A DNA stretch of 64,000 bases from a virus. The notes below the pieces were generated by a model. It saw only the letters and a program-made list of their open reading frames with translations. It was not told the DNA's origin and searched no databases. Below, one piece after another: positions 55,800 through 62,267 of this stretch. The DNA is taken from the IMG/VR virus record IMGVR_UViG_3300025916_000002. One strand, written 5' to 3'. The translations under genes were made by a program, and so were the position numbers. The first letter of the stretch is position 1. The number at the start of each line of letters is the position of its first letter.

Positions 55800-56084
55800 T
55801 TATTGGGCTACAATAGCTTCCTCAATAGCTGCGTTCTTCTCAACAGGTGGGAGCAGATTCATTGAGTTTAATAACTTGTCGGCCAAACCCGAAGCGGAGC
55901 CAACTAACTTACTCGCCAACAAATCGAGATAAGACTGCGTTTCTTCCTGCGACAAATTAAATGTGAACGCCTCGTTGTCTCCATTCTCAAAGGCTATTTT
56001 GCCCGTGTACTTACCTTTGAATTCGCCATATGTTTGATAGCGAATATCAAGAGACTGCAATTTGTAACCGTTTTTGTTTGTCAT
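55800..56084 (-). CDS. hypothetical protein (94 aa)
   Basis: Operon context. Confidence 0.5.
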   Translation of the reverse strand: MTNKNGYKLQSLDIRYQTYGEFKGKYTGKIAFENGDNEAFTFNLSQEETQSYLDLLASKLVGSASGLADKLLNSMNLLPPVEKNAAIEEAIVAQ

Positions 56085-56125
56085 GGTAGTTTATTTTTTT
56101 GGTGCAATTGGTTAAAAGAGAGGGG

Positions 56126-56509
56126 TTAGGCTTCCCGATGAGTGATTTCCATTTTATCCAGGTCGACGGTATAGATATACTCCAAATCGCCGTGCCGTTC
56201 TACGCTTACCGTAGGCTCAAATGCGCCTACTTTCCAATCTGCGGGCGCGGGGATATCTTCTATCTTTACATTGGAGCCGTATTTAGCGGTATTTACGGGA
56301 GCCGGCGGCAATGTGGCGTATTCCATGGCCCCAATAACTATAAGCCAGCCAGCCGACTGCTGCACGTTATTGCATATCTTCCCCTCTTTTACCCAAGAGA
56401 GAAACTTTTCTAACGCGGGCAACGTTCCTTCCGGATAGCCGTCTGAATGGCGGTAGAAATGAATTTGATCGTACTTGTCTTTGATAATGATTCCTGCGCG
56501 TGTGCTCAT
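56126..56509 (-). CDS. hypothetical protein (127 aa)
   Basis: Clean ORF. The antisense ORF 56099..56413 is judged a shadow. Confidence 0.55.
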   Translation of the reverse strand: MSTRAGIIIKDKYDQIHFYRHSDGYPEGTLPALEKFLSWVKEGKICNNVQQSAGWLIVIGAMEYATLPPAPVNTAKYGSNVKIEDIPAPADWKVGAFEPTVSVERHGDLEYIYTVDLDKMEITHREA

Positions 56510-56557
56510 AACAAATTTTATTTTACAGTTTAAAAAAGGGGTTAAGTAATGGTTAGG

Positions 56558-56815
56558 CTATTGGCCGTAAGGATAGGAGACGACATCCCTGTCAGCCTGA
56601 GCTTCCGGAGAATACACAATGCGCGGCTGCGGCTTCTTCATTTCTTCTTTATGCCATGCTTGGTAGGCGGCGTCCAACTCCGCATCCGTAGGCTGATAGC
56701 AAGCCCTTTCAATGCATTTAGGGCATCTTATTGCGATGTTTATGCGTTCAGCCTCAGTATGGACTGTAGTAATATGGCCTCGTAGGCATTCGTATGTTGC
56801 AGTGTTATTTTTCAT
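56558..56815 (-). CDS. hypothetical Cys-containing protein (85 aa)
   Basis: CLRGH...CPKCIERAC suggests a zinc-binding motif. Confidence 0.5.
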   Translation of the reverse strand: MKNNTATYECLRGHITTVHTEAERINIAIRCPKCIERACYQPTDAELDAAYQAWHKEEMKKPQPRIVYSPEAQADRDVVSYPYGQ

Positions 56816-56934
56816 ACTCTTTCGATGTTTGTTTCCCCGTTCAGCGCCCAGCGGGTGGTTGGTTAAACATCTTTTGCCGCCAATGCCCCGCAGCTTGTGA
56901 CTGCGAGGCTGACGTATGGGTGAACCGTCCGTGG

Positions 56935-57345
56935 TTAGTTTTTAGAGACCGTCCAATAGGGGACTTCTTCACTAGGTATTATTTTGCATAATCTTTTATA
57001 TTCCCGCTCTCCGCTTTTTTTATCCATTTCATGCCAGCCTGTATCAGGCCAATAAACAAAAACCGCGTCTATTGCTGAAATATGACAAAATAGATGGGTG
57101 CATCCGGTTACAGTAAAATATAAAAACGGGGAAATGTGTTTTGAAGGAACCCGCGTAAATGGGTTTATGCGCCTGGATTTAATTTTCTTTATAGTATCTT
57201 CTTTAATAGCGTTGTCGCCGTGGTATCCCAACACTACAAACTGGTTGTAAATACGGGTTTTACTTAGTGGAATATTTTCGTAAACAGTTACATCCACCAC
57301 GCCCGTAAGAGTACCATCTTTTTCTGTTGCAATGTATCTTTGCAT
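56935..57345 (-). CDS. hypothetical protein (136 aa)
   Basis: Clean ORF. Confidence 0.55.
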   Translation of the reverse strand: MQRYIATEKDGTLTGVVDVTVYENIPLSKTRIYNQFVVLGYHGDNAIKEDTIKKIKSRRINPFTRVPSKHISPFLYFTVTGCTHLFCHISAIDAVFVYWPDTGWHEMDKKSGEREYKRLCKIIPSEEVPYWTVSKN

Positions 57346-57488
57346 AGTAGAAGCGCTATTCCGGCCGCCGCCGTTGGTTTAGTTAAGATAGATAATAAAG
57401 TTTATGCTCAACGAAGAGCTATAAGCGTCCATCCATGCGTCTGTGGTGTGTGGGATATTCATACTACTTAGTTTTTATTAGTGATTAA

Positions 57489-57500
57489 GGGGGGGGGGGG
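57489..57500. repeat. G12 homopolymer (C12 on the coding strand of the local operon)
   Basis: Twelve consecutive G. The tract begins 3 nt beyond the stop of 57504..57734 and lies in the 158-nt gap before 56935..57345. Confidence 0.9.
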
Positions 57501-57503
57501 TAG

Positions 57504-57734
57504 TTAATGAGGTGCGGAAACTTCATAATCATAGAGACTAAAGGGAACATCCTTTCCGGTTTCAAACACCTTTAAATCGAATAGTGGCATTTTATCCATA
57601 GACTCATCGTATCCGGGATGTTGTTTAACCGATGTAGCAATATGGGTTATTTCCAGTAATAATCCCCGGTATGCGTCATAACAATCATTGTCATTATCTT
57701 TCGTAATCATTACTATTTGGCCGACTTTTTTCAT
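57504..57734 (-). CDS. hypothetical protein (76 aa)
   Basis: First gene downstream of conserved element A. Confidence 0.5.
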   Translation of the reverse strand: MKKVGQIVMITKDNDNDCYDAYRGLLLEITHIATSVKQHPGYDESMDKMPLFDLKVFETGKDVPFSLYDYEVSAPH

Positions 57735-57791
57735 AAACCTATTTTTTAAACGAGTGAATTAAATAACCGATTGACAAGACGAAGATACACC

Positions 57792-57836
57792 AGTACCACT
57801 ATAGTACCAAATCTATTTTTGCAACGTGGTTGCAAA
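57792..57836 (-). promoter_or_regulatory. conserved ~45-50-bp regulatory element, copy A (two dyad/repeat modules)
   Basis: AGTACCACTATAGTACCAAATCTATTTTTGCAACGTGGTTGCAAAT. It contains the perfect dyad TTGCAAC-N3-GTTGCAA and GGTACT direct repeats. It abuts the stop of 57839..58273 and lies about 60 nt upstream of the start at 57734. Confidence 0.55.
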
Positions 57837-57838
57837 TG

Positions 57839-58273
57839 CTACAGCCCCATCACAAACGCCAATTGGTCGTTATAAGCAGGAAACAGCTCACAGGCAAACG
57901 CCTCGCATCGCTCGTGTTGCCGCGCGTCCTGTGGCGCCAGGAGGATAAAGCCCTGCGAGCCGGCAATGTCGCTAACCAGGGAGCGCGTGTCGTCTTTGTC
58001 CAGTCCTTCAGCTATCTCGCCGATCTGCCACCACCCCGCCTCCCGGCGCACGACCTCCATGGCATACTCCAGCTCGTCCTGCTTTTCAATACGCTCCTCA
58101 AATGCCCGTTGTTGTCGCCGTAGTCCATCAACAAAGGCCTCCCATTCCGTCAGCAATTCGCGAGGCACAGCGGCTGCGAAGTTGTCACACAGCGTTTCGA
58201 CGCGATCAGTATGTGCAAGATAAGCGTCTTGCAATGTGTCCGTAGGGGACACGCGCTTTGTTTTCTTTTTCAT
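57839..58273 (-). CDS. hypothetical protein (144 aa from MKKKTKR)
   Basis: The ATG at 58273 lies 1 nt from the upstream stop. The track start at 58399 would overlap 58275..58580 by 125 nt. Confidence 0.5.
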   Translation of the reverse strand: MKKKTKRVSPTDTLQDAYLAHTDRVETLCDNFAAAVPRELLTEWEAFVDGLRRQQRAFEERIEKQDELEYAMEVVRREAGWWQIGEIAEGLDKDDTRSLVSDIAGSQGFILLAPQDARQHERCEAFACELFPAYNDQLAFVMGL

Positions 58274-58274
58274 A

Positions 58275-58580
58275 TTAAGCGGTTTTAAAAGGCGAGTTAA
58301 CAAACTGAGATACCGCAAGCCGCTGGTAAATAACCGTTGTTTTAAACCTTTCCGGGATATTGCGCCATATGGCCAATTTATCCCGGTGTATATCGGCAAT
58401 GAAAAACCGTACAGCTTTGCTAATCCATGTTGATTGCGTGCCGTAATTAGCGGAGGGCGCCTTTTCTACCTCATTTGCATACCTTGTAAGGTAATCGGCG
58501 GTCACGGAAGATAAAAGCTGCTCTATCTCTACCATGTTGGCGGCTTTCTGACAATGGGTAATTTTTTCTTGGAGAGTCAT
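58275..58580 (-). CDS. hypothetical protein (101 aa)
   Basis: First gene downstream of conserved element B. Confidence 0.5.
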   Translation of the reverse strand: MTLQEKITHCQKAANMVEIEQLLSSVTADYLTRYANEVEKAPSANYGTQSTWISKAVRFFIADIHRDKLAIWRNIPERFKTTVIYQRLAVSQFVNSPFKTA

Positions 58581-58606
58581 ATCTGAATGCTTTAGAATTC
58601 AAATAT

Positions 58607-58657
58607 AGTACTATCATAGTACCAATCCAACTATTTGTTTGCATCATGGTTGCAATT
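58607..58657 (-). promoter_or_regulatory. conserved regulatory element, copy B
   Basis: AGTACTATCATAGTACCAATCCAACTATTTGTTTGCATCATGGTTGCAATT. It has a 17-bp near-palindrome AGTACTAT-C-ATAGTACC. The minus strand carries TATATTTG 19 nt before the ATG at 58580. It abuts the stop of the RHH gene. Confidence 0.55.
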
Positions 58658-58870
58658 TCATCTCGCGGCGCTGTCCGCCGTTTTCACCCACTGCGCCAAT
58701 ACTGCCGCCGCAAGGCTGTTTAAAGACCGGCCACCATCGGCCGCTGCTGCTGCCACCAGGCGCTCATGTAGTTCAGGGGTAATGCGCAGGTTGAAGCGGC
58801 CACTATATGTCACCGCACCCCGCGCCTGCGTTTTCACCCGTTGCCCTTTGCTTCCATTTGTCTTCGCCAT
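58658..58870 (-). CDS. ribbon-helix-helix (Arc/CopG/HicB-C-like) DNA-binding protein (70 aa)
   Basis: GRFNLRITPELHERLVAAAAADGGRSLNSLAAAVLAQWV is a typical RHH signature. The ATG at 58870 is preferred over 58948. Confidence 0.6.
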   Translation of the reverse strand: MAKTNGSKGQRVKTQARGAVTYSGRFNLRITPELHERLVAAAAADGGRSLNSLAAAVLAQWVKTADSAAR

Positions 58871-58948
58871 AATATTTATTTTAGTACTAAGGTAGGGTAT
58901 TGGTAGTTTGTATCCAAATAATTGTTTATCTTTAGCGGAAAATAGCAT

Positions 58949-59863
58949 GTGGATAATCCCTTCAAATCACCCGTTATACTCAGCTTTTGTCCCGGAATTC
59001 TTGGCCTCGAAAGAGGACTGGAACGAGTTATCGGCAGCTTCACCGTTGCCGCTTACTGTGAAATCGAAACCTTTATCTGTGCAAACCTGGTTGCAGGGAT
59101 GGAATCGGGTATACTGGCGCCAGCACCTATCTGGACGGATGTTAAAACATTCCCAGCACAATATTTTCACGGAAAAATACACGGCATCATTGGCGGATAT
59201 CCATGTCAGCCATTTAGTAACGCCGGCCAGCGAAGAGGAACAGACGACCCCCGGCACCTTTGGCCTTATATCGCAAGTCATATCGGCGCAATTCAGCCGG
59301 ACTGGTGCTTCTTCGAAAACGTTGCCAGCCATCTCACCCTCGGATACGAGCAGGTTAAAGGAGAATTGGAAGGAATGGGCTATACAGTTAAGGAAGGAAT
59401 ATACTCAGCGGCTGAAGTTGGCGCGCCCCATAGAAGAGAAAGATTATTTATCCTTGCAGTGGCCAACGCCCGACACCTTCGACAAAGGAGATGCGAACAT
59501 CAATCAAAAAAGCAACAGGAAAAACGGCCCGAAGAACTATTTACAAGCGTTAAACTGGCCAACACCAAGGGCGTCACCGAACGAGAACCGATCAACAAAA
59601 AGAACGCCAAGCCAGATAGCCGGCAAACATGGGGAATATTTGGCAACAGCAATTGGCCTGCACGACCAGGAGAATTGCAATTCGACTGGGAAGAGCCACG
59701 AACGATTAAACCCAGCATGGGTGGCGCAATTAATGGGTACAACTATAGAGAGGATTTTCTTCGTGCACTCGGCAACAGCGTGGTCGAGCAAACCGCAGAA
59801 ATAGCGTTTCGCTCACTGCTCCGCGCGCACTTCCCGTTTATCCAACCCACAACGTTAAAATGA
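58949..59863 (+). CDS. DNA (cytosine-5) methyltransferase (304 aa, GTG start)
   Basis: Motif I-like ILSFCPGILGLERG, motif IV GGYPCQPFSNAG, motif VI FFENV, motif VIII-like APHRRERLFILA. Confidence 0.85.
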   Translation: MDNPFKSPVILSFCPGILGLERGLERVIGSFTVAAYCEIETFICANLVAGMESGILAPAPIWTDVKTFPAQYFHGKIHGIIGGYPCQPFSNAGQRRGTDDPRHLWPYIASHIGAIQPDWCFFENVASHLTLGYEQVKGELEGMGYTVKEGIYSAAEVGAPHRRERLFILAVANARHLRQRRCEHQSKKQQEKRPEELFTSVKLANTKGVTEREPINKKNAKPDSRQTWGIFGNSNWPARPGELQFDWEEPRTIKPSMGGAINGYNYREDFLRALGNSVVEQTAEIAFRSLLRAHFPFIQPTTLK

Positions 59864-59870
59864 TGTTAAA

Positions 59871-60110
59871 ATGGCCGTATTGCGGCTGACAAATACCATG
59901 TGGGATCAACAAACAATCAATGAGCATTTATCTATCCTACGGGATAAACGCGCTTCCATTCAGGCCACACTCGCCATACATCCAAACGATAGCGAGCGCT
60001 GGGATGCCTTGCGCATATTAGAGGTGCGCATTATTCAAACGTGCCTTATACTACAAGTGGAAAGCGGGTTATTCCCGGAGGCGCGGCCGATTATTCAACC
60101 AAACACTTAA
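59871..60110 (+). CDS. hypothetical protein (79 aa)
   Basis: Compact spacing after the methyltransferase gene. Confidence 0.5.
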   Translation: MAVLRLTNTMWDQQTINEHLSILRDKRASIQATLAIHPNDSERWDALRILEVRIIQTCLILQVESGLFPEARPIIQPNT

Positions 60111-60115
60111 ATAAT

Positions 60116-60385
60116 ATGGAATGGATAAACGTTAAAGATCGACCCCTCATTACAATGGACGAACACAATAGATGGGAGTGTACCAATGATGGAAATAAAC
60201 CGTTTGTTGCGGCAGTCCCATATAGTAAAGTGGATAAACCCGGAATATTTTGGTGGATTCGCCTATGCTGTATTGAAGATGAAACAGGCTTATGTGTTAT
60301 GGGCGACGATGATAATACGCCGGCCGGCTGGCGAATTGAGGATGTAACCCGCTACTTTCATTTACCAGAAAATCCCAGCTTATAG
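60116..60385 (+). CDS. hypothetical protein, DUF551-like N-terminus (89 aa)
   Basis: Starts MEWINVKDRP, as recalled for DUF551 phage proteins. The ATG at 60116 avoids overlap with the upstream gene. Confidence 0.4.
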   Translation: MEWINVKDRPLITMDEHNRWECTNDGNKPFVAAVPYSKVDKPGIFWWIRLCCIEDETGLCVMGDDDNTPAGWRIEDVTRYFHLPENPSL

Positions 60386-60387
60386 CC

Positions 60388-60864
60388 ATGCCAGAAATGA
60401 TCCCAAATCCAGCACCAAGACACATGCCCACAAAGCGCATGATAAAGGCTAATTGGGAGCCTTATTTGCTCCTTCTGGAAAAGTTTGATTCGCCGGAGGA
60501 GCTATGGGAGGACGATTATTGCTTTGCTTGCGGATTGAAGCCCTATGCAACATCCAAAACTGAACGTGCCCATATAATACCGCGCGTCTATGGCGGCGAT
60601 GATACGGTAGATAACCTGCATTTATTATGTAAGAAATGCCATCGCTACAGCGAGTTCTTTTGTGAGAGGATGAAGGATAAATCAGTCCAGGAGGTGAGAC
60701 AATACTATTTTCAATGGTTAGAAGCCATGAGTCCTTGGCATGGTATGGCCCTGCATTCACCTATAGAGACGATGAACTATTTTGGAATAACCCCGGCGCA
60801 GGTAATAGACTTTAGGCGAAAGCACGGCCCGGATTATTTACCGGATTGGTCGCAACCGTCCTGA
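60388..60864 (+). CDS. HNH endonuclease (158 aa)
   Basis: CFACG ... ERAHIIPRVYGGDDTVDNLHLLCKKCH. Confidence 0.8.
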   Translation: MPEMIPNPAPRHMPTKRMIKANWEPYLLLLEKFDSPEELWEDDYCFACGLKPYATSKTERAHIIPRVYGGDDTVDNLHLLCKKCHRYSEFFCERMKDKSVQEVRQYYFQWLEAMSPWHGMALHSPIETMNYFGITPAQVIDFRRKHGPDYLPDWSQPS

Positions 60865-61232
60865 AGCAGCTTCTCCGCGAGTACATTCAGCTCTTTCACC
60901 GCCTTCCTCCCCTTTGCCGTTATTGCCCATTGGCGCCAGCCATTGGGCCTTTTTGTTTCCAGGATAACAGCGTGGACAACCATGCGGTCCAAGGCATCAT
61001 AAAAATTAGCGTTGCTAAGGGTGCGGGGGCGACCATCTCCCACCAGATTAAACACACCACTAAAAGAGAGGGCATTCCCAGCCTCGTAGAGACCAATTAA
61101 TATTTCCCAGTCCAGAGGACGCAATCGCGGAGATAGGCGCCTAATTGCCAGCCGAACGGCTCTATATGCATCTATATGAGGGAGATTGGTCCTTTTAATT
61201 GTATTAACCGCTGAATCTAGTAGGCATTGCAA
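60834..61232 (-). CDS. winged-helix (MarR-like) DNA-binding protein candidate (132 aa, TTG start)
   Basis: LDWEILIGLYEAGNALSFSGV...YDALDRMVVHAVILE...WAITAKGRKAV fits a wHTH layout. There is no in-frame ATG near the 5' end. It faces the iteron region. Confidence 0.4.
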   Translation of the reverse strand: MQCLLDSAVNTIKRTNLPHIDAYRAVRLAIRRLSPRLRPLDWEILIGLYEAGNALSFSGVFNLVGDGRPRTLSNANFYDALDRMVVHAVILETKRPNGWRQWAITAKGRKAVKELNVLAEKLLQDGCDQSGK

Positions 61233-61681
61233 AGTATTATTGCTTTAATAGAAGTGCTTGCAGGTGCGCGGGCATAAAAAATCCCACTAGGGTGGGGGAG
61301 GGGTGAATTAATACCCTATTTAGGGCGTATTTAACATAATGAAATTTATATTACCGATTTTGCTGCGAGTTTTACCGCTTTTCAATCCCGTGCCCAGGCC
61401 AACTATCACTTTTCCTCCTCACTTCTCTCTCTTCCCGCCCTAACATTGCCCGATTTCGATTTGTAATTTGAAAAATGGACCCCACCGGCAAGCCTTTTTC
61501 GCGTTTCCCCTTCGCGATCGACCCCCGGCGGAGAATGTAGTCATCCCAGATCGATAACCACATGAGCAAATTTTCCAAAGAACAGACCCAAAGGTAAGGG
61601 GAAGGCGGGGAGATGGCCAAAAATTATTTTTGTGGAGGGTTATTAAAGGCGCCAGGATAGATACGCATGCCTTTGGCTAAT

Positions 61682-62255
61682 TTGTTACAATGATTTGTCA
61701 CATCGGGCCGGGTCTGCTTAAAATAGCCCATGTTTTATCTGGCAAATCGCCGTAACAAACGTCAAAATAGCTTTGTTACAGGACATTTTATTGATATTCA
61801 CTAAGTTATAAGGTTTGTTATTTACCCTCGTAACAAGCATTTGTTACATTGTTACAACTTGTTACAAATCAAAAAACGCCTAAAACTAGCATTTTTTTAT
61901 TGATAGTCAATTATTTAAGTCGTTTGTTACACTTGTTACACTTTTTCCTGATGGGTCCGTGCCGGCGCATCTTGTGACAAATTCTATATATAAAAAAGAG
62001 ATATTTTATGTCTCTATATAATTGTAACAAGTGTAACAAGTTGTGTAACTATATGTAAATCAATTAAATATTGCTATATGTTTGTTATTTTGCTTGTAAC
62101 AAACATTGTAACATTGTAACAAACTATGGCTAAATAGACCCGTATTAGGGTATTCTGGACAGTAAAATAGCGTATTATGGGGTGATCTGAGCTGTAGTGA
62201 GCCCGGTAGAAGTGGCTGTAACAAACGTAACGAGTGTAACAAAACCGTGTAACAA
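61682..62255. repeat. two-armed iteron array (TTGTTACA / TGTAACAA), putative replication origin or regulator-binding array
   Basis: There are 14 exact 8-mers. TTGTTACA occurs at 61682, 61773, 61841, 61849, 61859, 61924 and 61933. TGTAACAA occurs at 62023, 62032, 62095, 62115, 62217, 62235 and 62248. About 9 one-mismatch or truncated copies are also present. An AT-rich core lies at 61981-62020. Confidence 0.8.
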
Positions 62256-62267
62256 ATCTCCCAGGTA

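Noticed and set aside
58908-59804. 298-aa ORF in an alternative frame over the methyltransferase gene
   Set aside because: The overlapping frame 58949..59863 contains the full ordered C5-methyltransferase motif set (PCQPFS, ENV, RRERL). The alternative frame has no motif.
61296-61312. G-rich run GGGTGGGGGAGGGGTG as a G-quadruplex
   Set aside because: It has only three clear G-runs and is an isolated occurrence. Not enough to call.
61372-61620. 82-aa minus-strand ORF between the wHTH gene and the iterons
   Set aside because: It has an odd low-complexity composition, being translated from a pyrimidine-rich/purine-rich segment. It is isolated, with no start context. Probably non-coding origin-proximal DNA.
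61682-62255. Repeat array as a CRISPR locus
   Set aside because: The repeats are only 8-9 nt long, irregularly spaced (8-90 nt) and present in both orientations. There are no cas genes. This is iteron-like, not CRISPR.
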